64,000 bases of DNA from Eledone cirrhosa. Its lineage: Eukaryota. Made by a program: the position numbers and the translations under genes. The stretch covers positions 38,378,001 to 38,442,000 of the forward strand of contig OZ024747.1 of the NCBI GenBank assembly GCA_964016885.1, given 5' to 3'. This document shows positions 12,833 through 25,851 of the stretch, piece by piece. The notes under the pieces were generated by a model. The model ran no database searches and was not told the DNA's origin. It saw only the letters and a program-made list of their open reading frames with translations. Numbering within the stretch: the first letter of the stretch is position 1; every line of letters begins with the position of its first letter.

Positions 12833-15642
12833 ATAAAGAAAAAATAGATGAAATCGAAAATGCAACTGGAGTCTTATTTAAAAAATATATATATATATAT
12901 TTATTTGGTTCATTTACCGGTTTCGCAGTTCTTCTGCTTTTCAAAAGTAGAGTTGAGATGGAGGGTCTCCGGTCTTTCTCACATCTGGTTGGTCTCTGAA
13001 TGTTACTTGTTTTATATGGAAAAAGTGGCTCGAAATGCCAGGTTTTTCGAGAAGTAATTTGATTGGTTGGTCAATAATTATAATAAATTTCGCGCCAGTT
13101 CGCGTTACAAAGTTCTTCAAACAATGGGGGGGGGGGGGGGGGGGTCACAGGTTGTTTTTTCATTTACGTGTGTTTGAATTTGTTTTTACTTGAAAAAAGG
13201 GGCTCACGAAGGCTTTCTTTTTAATAAGCGTAATAATTTGATTGGTTATAAATGAAATTATTGCTGTCACGTTAACAAGTTTTCATTAAATTTTCGCGCC
13301 CTTATTTGGAAATACATTCTGTAGCCTTTTTAGAGAATTTTATGATAAGTAAAAGATAATGGTCAAGAGAAGTGGGATGGGAGATTTGTTCTTGTTCAGT
13401 GAATATGGTTAGTTCACTGGGGTGTCAGAATTCAGATTTTCTATTGAATAAAGAAAGTAAAGATATGTATGTTTATTTGTGTGATTGTGTGTATGTGTGT
13501 GTTTTGTGTTGTGTGTGTTTGAATTTCTTTTTACTTAAAAAAAGGGGCCCACGAAGGCTTTTTTTAATAAACGTAATTTGATTGGTTATAAATGAAATTA
13601 TGGCTGTCACGTGAACAAGTTTTCATTAAATTTTCGCGCACTTATTTGGAAATCTATTCTGTAGCCTTTTTAGAGAATTTTATGACAAGCAAATAGGATG
13701 GGAGAATTGTTCTGGTTCAGTGAATATGGTTAGTTCGCTGGGGTGTCAGAATTCAGATTTTCTATTGAATAAAGAAAGTAAAGATATGTATGTTTATTTG
13801 TGTGCTTGTGTGTGTGTGTATTGGAAGATGATTCTATTAGTAGAAATGGGGGAGGGAGTTGTGTGTGTGTGTATATGGGTGTTCTGTGTGTGTGTGTGTG
13901 CGAGTATGTTAAGATGGAGAGAATATATATTTTGTGTGTGTGTATATATATGTGTGTAGGAAAGTGATTCTATCAGTAGAAATGGGGGAGGGAGTTGTGT
14001 ATGTGGGTGCGGGGGTTGTTATGTGTGTGTATGGGTGTTATGTGTGTGGGAGTATGGTTAGCATTTTAAGATGAATATATATATTGTGTGTGTGTGTGTG
14101 TGTGTGTAGGAAAATGATTCCTTTAGTAGGAATATTTTTGAATGAACATATTTTCCTTACTTATTCGTATTTGTTCTGTTGGATTGTCAGTGCAAACGTA
14201 TGTTAAGGTTTATTTAGTTCGGGTTTTTATTTTCTAAAGTAGAAGGTGTTATGTGTGTGTGTATGTGTCTGTTTGGATGGTTAGCATGTTATGGTGTTGA
14301 CATAATGTATATTAAACCATATTTAATGCTGGTCTATATTTTTGAATAAACATATTTTCCTTATTTATTCGTATTTGTTCTGTTGTATTGTTAGCGCAAA
14401 GGTAAAATGAGAAGACTTGGAATTTGGGTGTCTTATTACTTGCGCAAATGTCTAGATGTGCGCCTAATGGTATCTGTCTCGTGGTTGGATCTCGTAATTG
14501 TTGGCGATGAACGGTGATTCTGTTTCTGAGTGTGAGTTTAGTTTGTCCTATATAATCTTCATTGCATCCTTTACATTCAATGGCATGAAATAGATTTTTT
14601 GATGAGGAAGTGAAGTGATTTTTTACAGTAAAATTCTGTCCTGATTTAAATGTATACGTGTTGCCTTCAATGAGGTGAGTGCAGGTTCCACAATTAGAGC
14701 GACCACATTTTTTGACACTTGGTTGTGGGATTGTGGTAGGTAATTTGGCATTGGTGAGTAATGTTTTCAGTGATTTCGGTTGTCTTTTGCTTTTGATTAT
14801 TTTGTGTGTTTCAAGGGCTTTTTTCATTCTTGGGTTTTATTTTAGTAGTGGGATGTTCTTGTGAATAGTGTTGTAAGCTTCCGCATTTCTTGGGTTGTGT
14901 GTTGAGATATATGATAGAATATTGGACGTACCTTGAATTTGTTTCTGTTTTCGTAATTCATCAATGCCTATTGCTTTAGCCCTTTCTATTCCATTATTTA
15001 TTAGTAATAGTGGGAACTCTCTTTCGAGTAGAATTTCCTTTAATTCTTGAAGTCTGTTATTTCGCGTTTCATAATTGGAGACAATTGTGCAAATTCTTCT
15101 TGCTAGGTTAAAAGGAATGTTCGTCTTCGTGTGATTTGGATGGTTGGAGGTGAATAGCAGGTATTGTTTGGAATCTGTTGGTTTGTAGTGTATGTCAGTT
15201 TCGATATTTGTGTCTTTTTATAAGATTAAGATGTCCAGAAATTGGAGGAGGTGATTTTGGCTGTATTCCATTGTGAATTGGATGTGGTTATTGATGCCGT
15301 TTATTAAGTTTTTGAAATCCTTCAGTTGGTCGAGTGAGTGGGACCAATCATCCAAGTAGCGTTTCCAATTCTCTGATAAATATTTGTGACAGTTCAATCC
15401 GTATTTTGATTTGTACTCTTCATATATCTGGACTTCTAAGTATGCCATGACTAAGTTGGCATAAGTTCTAGCGGCTTTTGTACCCAGCTTTTGAAACCGG
15501 TAAAGCAACCAAATAAATATGTATATGTTTTTTAAAAATAAGACTCCAGTTGCATTTTCGATTTCATCTTTTTTTCTTTATACTTTCACTCGTGTAGGAC
15601 ACCTCGCTTATTTTTCATTTTTAAAAGAAAATCTCACTTTCT
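12833..15642 (-). mobile_element. Penelope-like (Neptune-type) retroelement, 5'-truncated, with a 3' pLTR and an inverted 5' pLTR
   Basis: RT and GIY-YIG coding sequence at 14312-15485. 12833-12925 is the reverse complement of 15492-15580. An HHR-like motif lies at about 12910-12946 on the minus strand (TTGAAAA-GCAG-AAGAA-CTGC-GAAA-CCGG-TA). Flanked by (TA)n. Confidence 0.92.
14312..15485 (-). pseudogene. PLE reverse transcriptase plus GIY-YIG endonuclease (two in-frame TAA stops)
   Basis: GTKAARTYANLVM, WKRYLDD, FLDILI, TDIHYKPTDSKQYLLFTSNHP, CGRSNCGTC and CKGCNEDYIGQT..LRNRITVH motifs. Confidence 0.92.
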
Positions 15643-15649
15643 AATATAT

Positions 15650-15720
<71 letters not shown>

Positions 15721-15764
15721 AGGAAAAGCGAAGTAGTTTCAGACGTTCAAGTCTTTTAATAATA

Positions 15765-15947
15765 ATTGTTTCTACTTTTGGCACAAGGCCAGCAATTATC
15801 CCAATGTATTACTGTACTTTATTTTATCGACCCCATAAGGATGAAAGGCAAATTAACCCCGGCGAGATTTGAACTCAGAATGGCAAGGGCCGTAACTCTA
15901 TGCGTCAAAGCATGGTGTCCGAGCCTATACCGATAATGCCAATCCAC
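15765..15947 (-). mobile_element. tRNA-derived SINE
   Basis: A-box-like TGGCATTATCGG, B box GTTCAAATC, conserved TTGCCTTTCATCCTTATGGGGTCGATAAAATAAAGTAC core, ATT tail. Confidence 0.88.
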
Positions 15948-15993
15948 GTGTTATATATTTCACTGTCGCCATTGAAATATATATCACAGCATT

Positions 15994-16183
15994 GGTGGAT
16001 TGGCAGTATCGGTAGAGCATCGGACGCCATGCTTTCCAGTATAGTTACGTCCCTTTTCGATCTGAGTTCAAATCCCGCCGAGGTTGACTTTGCCTTTCAT
16101 CCTTACGGGTTCGATAAAATAAAGTACCAGTAATGCACTGGGTAATTGCTGGCCTTGTGCTTAACGTAGAAACAATCATTATT
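15994..16183 (+). mobile_element. tRNA-derived SINE
   Basis: A box TGGCAGTATCGG, B box GTTCAAATCCC and the same central core. Confidence 0.9.
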
Positions 16184-16899
16184 AAAAGACTTGAACATCT
16201 GAAACTACTTCGCTTTTCCTTATTCGATATTTACTCCGTCACTCCTATGTGGAATAAGTACGTTGAGTGCTTGAATTGAATTGCATCAATGTTTACCCTA
16301 AGTATATATATGTATATATATATATGTGTATATATATATATATGCATACATATCTGTCTATAAATCGATATTATTATTTATCTATCTAACAAACTCTTTA
16401 ACTATCTATTCATATATCTATCTAACAAACTATTTACCTATCTAGTCATATATCCACTTACAAGATTATATATATCTAGGTGAGGATGTGTGTATGCTTA
16501 CACACACAAACGTATATACATGCATCTACATATTTCTATAACTATCTTATATTTATTGCTTGATCCTCTTACGGTTACCTACTCACATTTGTGGGTCGCC
16601 TTTGATTGTAACAATTTTCCAACTCCATATCGGTATGTAGATGTTTTGAGTTGTAGTAGCGTTCACTAGTTGGTAGTGAATACCATTCAGTGATCTAATT
16701 ATGCACAATATATGCTCATTCAAGCTGAGCACCTAGTCTTTCTCAGTTCGAAGACTGACCTGCGTGGTAAAGAACCACATCCTACATGAAGGGTCTCTTA
16801 TACGGCTATCATGAAATAGTCTAGCAGAACAGTACACTTTTCGGGGAGTAAGCCTCGATAAAATTCCTGCTTGTCTGATAATGAGAAGTAAATCATGCG

Positions 16900-17920
16900 G
16901 CGACAATCAGCTTAATTAGATGACCTCGGCGTCCTGTATACCACTGGCTTCACATATGATCGATTGATGTTGTTCTTTATTTCATTGACACTATCTCTCA
17001 GATAGCCCCTCAGAAAAAGATCTGGGGGCTGAAATCAGGGTTGTATGTGGCCCACTGAAAAGTAGTCTTCAAACAGATTACAACATTTCCGTTATTTTTC
17101 AGTCATTTTCCCGACTCAGTGAAGGTTTGAGGACTTGTTCCCGCTAGATAGCACTAGACCTTATTCATTAGCGATGGGTACATGCTCTGTATCTCTCTTT
17201 TTCAAGGCTTCCATGACCACCACATAACGTTCCACTGTGGGAGTGACACCTAAAAAGAATGGGCCAATCAACCCTCCCTTATAAATGGCAGCCCAGACGG
17301 TATATTTAACCGAGTGGAAAGGTTTCACAACCACAGTGATTTTCCGTGTCGCCCAGAACACATTGTTTTTAAGGTTGATCTTCCCATCTAAAGAAAAATG
17401 TCTTCATCAGAAATGCACAGCAGATTAAGAAAAGTCGGGTTGTTTTCCATCTTCTTCAGCATGTACTCAGCCATATCCTTTCTCTTAGCATTGTCAGCTT
17501 TGGTAGGCTTTTGTTTACTCTGTAATCTATAGAGGGACTTCTTAATATCCTCTTTGACAACTTTTCTGTCAGTTTTCATTGAGTCCCAAGCATTGGCTTA
17601 TTCGGTGCAGCGATCGTTTTGGTCTCGGTTCAACAGACTCTCAAGTCAATTCAGTAACTTCCTGCGTACATTCCTGGGTCGTGCAGCATGGGTATTATGA
17701 TGGTTCTCAGACATTATAATGACGTTTTACACAGTCCCATATGTCTCAAACTTCTTTACCCTGATTCGTATATTGGTTTGAAGGGAGATTTCTTCGTTCG
17801 GAAAAGTGCAGGAAATTGCTCCTGGATCTGTATGCACGAGCAACACTTATAGTAGTGAATTACAAAGAACTTCCAGTTCATATCTTGTTTACTTCCCAAG
17901 CGTTGTATCTGCCATGTTAT
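16900..17920 (-). pseudogene. Tc1/mariner-superfamily transposase fossil
   Basis: Broken frames read FLNLLCISDEDIF, NNVFWA, KPFHSVKYTVWAAIYKGGLIGPFF and WATYNPDFSP (WP..SPDL.P-like). Confidence 0.8.
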
Positions 17921-18709
17921 GAAATTTCAGGTTGATCAGTTAGAAAAGGAATATACAGTGACACAAAATGTACGCGGTGCTACTATTTCACGTGTGTATG
18001 TGTATATGAATCTGTTATAATGTTTCTGAATAAATAAGCAATATTATTTAGGAGAACACATGGCAAATCTCAATAGCAATATTGTTTCTCGCATTATTCA
18101 AGTGATATACTATAATCTCCTACATGACAACTTGTATTGCTAATAAGAAATAAATATAAATGAAGTCACAGGATGTTTCCATGGATACTCTCTGAGATTC
18201 TACGTCTCTGCAAACTGAAACGACTGATGTGCTTACATAGTATGATTGTATATATGTATGTGTATAGATCAGAGACAGACTGGTATATTCAACCACTCAC
18301 TTAGAAATATGCAAATAATCACGCACAAAACCGCACATGTATACACATAAAAACATGAGTACATATGTATTTACGTACAGAAGTATGTATGTGTATATGT
18401 TACATATGTATCTATGTATGTTTAAAAGAGTAAGGGATCTACCTATGTCAGCACATTCATGAGTACTACATGTAACATATAATCCAATACAGCTATCTGC
18501 CTTTACAATATTCTGTATTTTATGATAGATATTTATTTTGATTTGATACAATATGGCAAGCTCAACTTGTGTCTTTGACATACATTTATTATGACTGATA
18601 AAATATAGTTGTAGAAAAGGTAGATGCATCGTCATGTCTTCCACGAAAACACCGCCACCTCCACCAGACTTCATTGACGACAATAGTTGTAATGAAGTAG
18701 ACAAAAACA

Positions 18710-19310
18710 ATACATGAGTTCGTCAGAAAAGTAACAGGACTGAGGGAACTATGAGTAGGGTAGAGAGTAACGGCTTGCGTTAGCGTGTGACCCGGAAAGT
18801 ATATAAGTCCGATCTCAGCTCTTTGTAGCCATTGCAGATTTTTTCATATATTTTTGTTAACAGCTCCTCAATTTTAGGCCGTCGAGTTATGAGTAGAGAA
18901 TAACGAACCAGCCTGAAGTTTCTGGTCCGGCTGGGGAAGACTCCGTCAGAAGCACATGCTGCAGCATAAAGAGATGAGTGTAAAGAGATGAGTGTAAAGA
19001 GATGAGACGATTTCACGCTCACAGATTTCGAGTGGGAAAAAATGTTCAAAGAGGGACCTGAGGAAATGGAAGACGACCCCCAAGATTGGAAGGCTATCAA
19101 CAAGCAGATCCGATGTCAGTATTGAACGCGTGAGGCAAGTGGTACGGAGCGACCATCGGTTCATTGTTCCACTGATTACAAGTGAGCTGAACGACAGCGT
19201 TTGGAAGATTATCATGCGGTAGATCTGCACGAAGAAGGTGCTGAAGCTGCTGACCGATGACCAGAAGGAGCGGCGCATGGAGAAGGGCCAGAACATACCG
19301 CAAAGCATTC
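18710..19310 (+). pseudogene. Mariner transposase N-terminal (HTH) fossil with a TIR-like left end
   Basis: SLKFLVRLGKTPSEAH, ISRSQIFEW..MFKEGPEEMEDDP and KKVLKLLTDDQKERRME. Starts at TA-CATGAGTTCGTCAGAAAAGTAACAGGACT. Confidence 0.82.
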
Positions 19311-20714
19311 TATTGTATGTTTTAACCTATCTGCTCATTCGACACCTGCCACCTTTATCTTTACTTTTGGTTAAATATAATTATGGGATTTCTCTTTTTT
19401 TTTTGGCTCCTTTGAGCTAAAGTTTCAACTCTCTTAGTTTTATTTTCTTATTAAGTCTATAATCTGAATTGATTCAAAGCTATTTTGAGCGCAGTATTTT
19501 AAGTATAGTGGCCTGTATTTAAAATGACTGACAGATAATTCTTTAACATAGGAAATATTCCTAATAATCAATACCCAGGATCAATCATTTCTCAATACAT
19601 CTGATCACAAAAAAACCAACTACCGACTATTCATTTTTATTGAATCCACACGTATTTGCTTCGGTAAATAACGTGGAATTCTATTGTATTATCCATTGTA
19701 TAAATCACCTTGGCAACAACGTCTAAGCTTTCTGCTTCAGTAAATATTTATTCGATCGCCTAACTGTTGTCCAACATTTATGAAACCTACATCAACAATA
19801 TAAAATAATCTGATCTAGTTGATAATGCCATAAACTGTTTAAATAAGAGGCTGTCGTAATATAGGTAGTAGATCAGGCATCAATCCTCAAACCATTCAGC
19901 TGGATCATAGGATTTTTGTTTACAGACGTTCGTAAATTCGTAAGACACTGAGTATATAGGAATTGTACATATAAAACTTAGAGGTAATGCCAAATTAAAT
20001 TTATTATATCAATTTCAGTTTTCCGAAGGGCATGAAACATTGCTTTGTACCAATAGCTGTTTTTGTTAAACTGTGTGTGTGTATAGATGTGTATGCATTC
20101 GGGTAAATGATACTTATATATAGAGAAGTAAATATTCCATTAAATTTATCTCCTTGGAAAATAAAAAAAGAAACGAATAGAACAATCAAAATTATTTTTA
20201 AATGTATATGATTGTTAGACATCGTTTGTTGACGCCTAATATATTAACATGGAATTGATCGTTTGTTAAATCCTTTTTTATTATTAGTTTGTATTTAACG
20301 TTTGAGCGTATGTATGTATTCTTTCCCTGACATATCGCAATGAATAGTATGTTGGAATTATAATGCAATGACTGTAGTTAGCAACCCTTCACTGATAGTC
20401 ATAAATGAATGTATAAATTATAACACGATGCATGTTGTAAATTAATAATATATTTACTATGTGCCTCAGAAATTTACAGGTTACAAAAATTAGACCATAT
20501 AGAGAGTAATTTATAATGTCATAGTCATTATACACTATGGCACGTTCTAAAAATCACATCATTGTTCAATATACAATATCGGACAATGTCATGAAAGGAT
20601 ATTGATATGTAAAAACAATTGAGCCGTATGTAATACAACCAAACACACTTCTAAACTGAACTGAAAAAGAATAAGAAAAGATAAAATAAAAAGGAGAAAA
20701 AGAAAGAAAGATCA

Positions 20715-21036
20715 GTCACTTCCCGCTCGTCCAAGCGGTGCCTTAGTTACGCCCTGCAGACAAAACGGCAAAAGCATTGCCGCGGAGAAAACCAGAGATA
20801 CTCGTGCAACGGTCACTCCTCCTCCTGGTGCTCCCTCCTCAAGTGGGGCTGCCGACTTTCTGACATTACAGAGGAAATGAAAAGTGCGGGGGTCAATGAC
20901 GGAAAAGGTCTCGGCAGAGACCGGTACAATGAGGAAACGGTGGCTCAGGCTTCGGTATTTGATTATCTTCCTCTCCTTGTGAACAGCGGATTCCGGGTTT
21001 GTGGTCGAAGAGACAGGGCTCGAAGTGAAAAACGAC
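20715..21036 (-). mobile_element. 3' fragment of a CRE-like (REL endonuclease) non-LTR retrotransposon
   Basis: KERKIIKYRSLSHRFLIVPVSAETFSVIDP...RVSLVF/RGNAFAVLSA resembles the K..KY / P.A.ET.G / RGNA C-terminus of CRE elements. Confidence 0.7.
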
Positions 21037-21107
21037 CATAAAGGGACGTAACTCTTTTCTGCAAAGCATGGCGTCCGACCCTCTACCAATACTGCCAATC
21101 CACCGCC
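21037..21107 (-). mobile_element. SINE head fragment (A-box region only)
   Basis: GGCGGTGGATTGGCAGTATTGGTAGAGGGTCGGACGCCATGCTTTGCAG...TTACGTCCCTTTATGGTC, ending before the B box. Confidence 0.85.
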
Positions 21108-21405
21108 CTTATTATTATTATTCATATCGAATAATAATGATATTCGATTCGGGTGCAAGCAATGAGCCTCATGACGCTATGAGTTTTAGATGACCATCGC
21201 TATCCTGTTGTTATAACGGTGACTGAGAAACATAATCGAAAATAATATAGTTTCTGGTTCATTGGCCTTTGTCATCTACATTTTATTGTTTTATAAAATC
21301 CGGATTAAAAAATACAAAATACGGACTTACAAGTAATTACATGCAATAAAATAAAATAAATTCACTGAGATGAGGGGTGGTGAGACGGGGCAGAGGTGGT
21401 TATTA

Positions 21406-21670
21406 TTATGCTGGGTCATGGATAGTGTGCGGCACTCCCCCGAATGTTTCTGCAGAAAATGTGTTCAGCCTGGTGTATCTGCAATTGATAATTATGTCCG
21501 ACCTATAGTGTATGGCAGATTTTAATTTAATTATTTCTGCCGCCTCGGCCAGGAAAAACCTGCAGTGGTTTCTGTCACTGGGGAGTTGCGCCACGCGTCT
21601 CTTGACTGACCATGTGATCTGGGATTCGATGTTCCTGTCCTTGAAGTCCCAGATCCCAGATCACATGGCA
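21406..21670 (-). mobile_element. Penelope GIY-YIG C-terminal remnant
   Basis: IWDFKDRNIESQITWSVKRRVAQLPSDRNHCRFFLAEAAEII...RSDIIINCRY parallels the C-terminus at 1540-1780. Confidence 0.75.
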
Positions 21671-21742
21671 GTCACAAACAGTCATAGCCGGCTCAGACTG
21701 GAGTCGAATTCTCTCGATCGATTGGTTATTGATTAGGCGAAA

Positions 21743-21853
21743 CCCGCTGATGAAGACGCATGCGCCGATTATGCAATGTTGCATAATATATGCGGATAGA
21801 GGATGCAGTGCACTCTACTGCTGCATTAAGTGTGGCCGAAACTCGAGTTCGGG
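21743..21853 (+). ncRNA. Hammerhead ribozyme with a large structured loop II, in the inverted pLTR of the adjacent Penelope remnant
   Basis: CCCG-CTGATGA...GAAA-CTCGAG-TT-CGGG. The loop contains internal hairpins such as ATTATGCAA/TTGCATAAT. Confidence 0.7.
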
Positions 21854-22400
21854 GATATTTGAAGGTACCCGTTTACGTGTGTTGTATTGAAGCGAATAAC
21901 TATGTGTATACTGTGTGAGTTTGTTTAGTATTACCTATTGACGCTGAGATGCAACTGGTACTAGCAGTGATACCCATGCTAGTTCCGTCAACTTATATAT
22001 ATATATATATATGTGTGGATCTATTTGTGTGGGCATTTATTTATGTATATATACTATATACATATGTATGCATGCATATCTATAGACATGTAAGTATATA
22101 TATAGATATGTGCGTGAGAGTATACGTATAATAAATTTAGTTAATTGACAATTAAAAGCTTCCTCTATTCATCCAAAGTATCTTTCCATTTATTTGTAGG
22201 AGTCCAATAACAAGCAAGCAAAAGTTGTGAAACTCATTCAGTGGTTATGTATAAGAGAAAAACAATCATACCAGAAGTTCTGTGATATACTTCAAATCAG
22301 TGGCCATACATTTCTGGCAGACTTTCTGAGAGACGAAGGTATTTGAACGATGGTTTTTCTTTTCCATTAATTCCTTTCCAGTTTTACTTTTTTTGTGTCA

Positions 22401-22606
22401 GGGTGGTGGATTGGCAGTATCGGTAGAGAGTCGAACGCCATGCTTTCCAGCACAGTTACGTCCCTTTACGGTCTGAGTTCAAATCCCGCCGAGGTTAACT
22501 TTGCCTTTCATCCTTACGGGGTTGATAAAATAAAGTACCAGTAATGTACTGGGTAATTGCTGGCCTTGTGCCAAAAGGAGAAACAATTATTATTATTATT
22601 ATTATC
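22401..22606 (+). mobile_element. tRNA-derived SINE with (TTA)n tail
   Basis: A and B boxes and core as in the other copies. Confidence 0.9.
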
Positions 22607-22910
22607 ATTTTGTTGAAAGATGGGTGAGAGAGACAAGAATGGCCCGAGTGAGATGTCTGTAAATTGAAGGTGGAAAACTGGGAGAGGGCACTTGCCCTGG
22701 TGGTCAGGTCACCGTGGCTTTTTTTTAAAATGGGCTTTCCGATTGGGGAATTGTTCATTGTTCTTTTTTTGTTACATCCTCTGTTTTTTTTTACACGCAA
22801 AAATGCCCATTTATACCGCCCTTTATTGTCCTGTACTGTCCTTAATGTATACTTTGTGTAAACCCTTGTGGTTAATAAAGAAAGCATTATTATTATTATT
22901 ATTATTATTA
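22607..22910 (+). mobile_element. Tx1-clade LINE 3' fragment
   Basis: Matches 29155-29498 (ORF2 end, 3' UTR, AATAAA, (TTA)n). Confidence 0.9.
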
Positions 22911-23566
22911 CAGCTGCATTTATCTTGCTTTATGTTCATACGAGTTATCACCAAGTCACAACCAGTGACCTCAAGAGACAACAAGGTCCGCCATGTTCAA
23001 GAAAGAACATACATACTCACACATGCATCTTTAGTGTTTAGACTTGTGATGTACTTATATTGACAGAATCTTCCTTAATATATGGGCAGTTCCCATTAGT
23101 ACTATCTTTTGTATTTCTCCTATACGCGGGTTTCCTGGGATTTGCGATAAGTAATCATTAGAACCTTTAGGTATCATTCCCAGAGCGCCTACAACCACTG
23201 GTATTGTTTTAGTTCTCAATTTCCACATTTTTCCAATTTCTATCTCCTGGTCCTTATACTTGCTCAATTTTTCAAATGTTTTTATAGATACATTCTTGTC
23301 TATTGGAACAGACATATCAATTAGCAGGCATACCCTCTTTTTGCATCTATGTTTCGGTCTGTTTGGATGCTAAAGTTCCACAAGATTGAGATGTGATCTT
23401 TTTCAAGTATGGGAGGTGGTTGATGCTCCCACCAATTCTTTTGATGGGGCAGGTCAAAATGCTTACACATTATCCAATGTATGTATTGTGCAGCACTATC
23501 GTGCCTGTTTAGGTATTCGGTTGGAGCTATAGGACTGCACATTGAAATTATATGGTCAATGGTCTC
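22911..23566 (-). mobile_element. R4/Dong-clade LINE 3' fragment (REL domain)
   Basis: ETIDHIISMC, YLNRHD, ILWNFSIQTDR, DMSVP..EKLSKYKD and TIPVVVGALG motifs. Flanked by (TTA)n. Confidence 0.9.
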
Positions 23567-23614
<48 letters not shown>

Positions 23615-23822
23615 GGCGACCTACGTAGTAAATCGTATCATCGTGAGCTCCGCAAAGGTTTGTTATTTCCGTTTGTTAAAAATTGCCATTTATGGAAAAT
23701 TTTATTGTTAACTGTTTATAAGCACACATACATTGTTTTCCGAAAAGGACACCCAAAAAGATTGGGGCCTTGTGCCCAAAATTTTAACTTTTATGATTAT
23801 CCAAAAATTTCTTTGAAAAAAA

Positions 23823-25760
23823 ATGGCTAATTCCCCTCTGCACGAAGCAGCTGAAAGCCTTCCTTACAAAATAACACCTCACACCGACACCACCATTGTA
23901 AATGTTACTACGTTTGCCAACACAAAAAAAAATATAAGCAGTAGCAATATTTTAAATTTGTCTCAGGCAGACATTCATTTCCCGCCATTACCAATGACTG
24001 CAGGTGTTAAAGCCTCCACCACCACCACCACCGCGATAACCACCACCCCCACCACCACCGCGACAACAGAAACAAAAGAACAAAAAAATAAATTAACTCG
24101 TGATGTCGAAATGAAATTAAGCAAAATGGATTCTTCCGCACCAAAGACGACTGACGTCACCACCACCACAACTGAAACTAAAATTAATATTAACACAAAT
24201 AACGATAGCAACAACAACAACAATGACATTATAAAACCGACCCTCAGTTTCGCCATAGTAGCAAAACAATTCGAAGCATTCACGGTAACTCAAGAGGATT
24301 TAGAAAATGCCAAACAAATGGTAAAGAAAGATGGGTACAGGGTCAGCCTCGCCCCCCCCACCTAATAAAATGGAGCATCGGCGCCTATGCACCGTGTCGT
24401 ATAGAACAATAAATGTAAAATCGCGCCGAGTGGAACGGGCATCCGAGTCCCAAATCCAAAAAGCTTTGGGACATGTGTGGGCAAGAAAAACCCACATCAG
24501 ACGTGGGCAAAAGTATGGAACCGTGGATGTGTTCTTTGAAACACCAGAGGAGGCTAGAGAACACTCCATGGCCCCATTAAAAAGTGACGACCTCTCACTC
24601 GTCCCAAGCTATTGTGACCAGAGACTCGTAAAGATCAGGGTGACCCACGTTCCACCGGCCATCGAAATTCCCTGGCTAATAGCGGCTGTCCTCGCCGGCA
24701 TCGAAGCCAACACGAAAATAATAGCAATAGCAAAAGAAAAGCAGGAAAACTGGTCCGGATCTGGGATGGAGCGCCTAATCCAAGCGGAGCAAAAAAGCAT
24801 TGAGGAGATCCCAGAGGTAATAGACCTCACTGACGGCAGCCACCTCACGGTAATTGTCGAGGGCAGAAGACCTAGGTGTGTCGTTTGTGGTGAAGGAACC
24901 CACCTAAGGGCTTTCTGCCCTCAGGCTAAAAGGTTGAGGCCACCTCTCCTACCCACCCCAGTGACACAACCATCAACACCACCAGTAGCAAAGATGGCAG
25001 CAACAACTGTAGCAGCAACAACAGAAGCAACTATAACAGCAACAACCCCAGCAACAGTAGCAAAACCAACACCACTACCACTACCAGCAAAACCAACACC
25101 ACCACCACCCAACGCTTCAGAACTAGCACCAGCGCCTACACCATCCACCACACCACAACCAAAACTAACGGCTGTGGAGGATTTTCCACTCCCCGGCCTA
25201 TCACAACTGGAGACAGATTGTGACGACGAGGAGTGGGAAACGATATCCGGAAAAAAAAAAGAAACCAAAAAAGAAAAAAATCTCTTCCTTCCCCCTCCAA
25301 AAACAAAATACAGAGGGAAACAAATAAACTAAGAAACAAAAAAGTTAGGACAGATATGCCACCATCCACACCAGCATCACCAACCCCATCAACCCAAACA
25401 CCAACACCATCACCATCATTAACTCCAACACCACCATCACCTACACCACAAAAGTCACCAAAATGCGAAACAGAAACAAACCCACAACAAACGCAAACAA
25501 AACAAAACAACCAAAACGATACACACTACACAGCATTAAATTTGAACAACAAGCAATTATTACACTACATCCAACACAACACCAGCATCACAGAAAAAGA
25601 CTACACAACAACCCCAAAATTCACACCACCTCCACACATACAAATCACTCGCATCACACAGAAAACGTACATGACACTAAAACAAAAATTCCCCAAAGAC
25701 ATCGGAGACTTCCGACAAGCACTCTCCAGGAGGATTTATAAGGACATCCTTCCTGAGTAG
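23823..25760 (+). pseudogene. Tx1 ORF1 (gag-like; CCHC knuckle, Pro/Thr-rich), frameshifted
   Basis: Three overlapping ORFs apparently broken at homopolymer runs. Contains VEGRRPRCVVCGEGTHLRAFCP. Confidence 0.85.
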
Positions 25761-25851
25761 GCCACAAGCAGTGAAAAGGATGGAAAAACCGTCCTTCCCC
25801 TACGAGAAGTAAGGTAAGTGGTCTTTCCCATCTTTTCCACTCCTTTTCAAC

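Noticed and set aside
14312-15485. Selenocysteine recoding as in Naiad PLEs
   Set aside because: The in-frame stops are TAA, not TGA.
15994-16090. SINE heads as tRNA genes
   Set aside because: A and B boxes are present, but there is no cloverleaf and the heads continue into the SINE core and tail.
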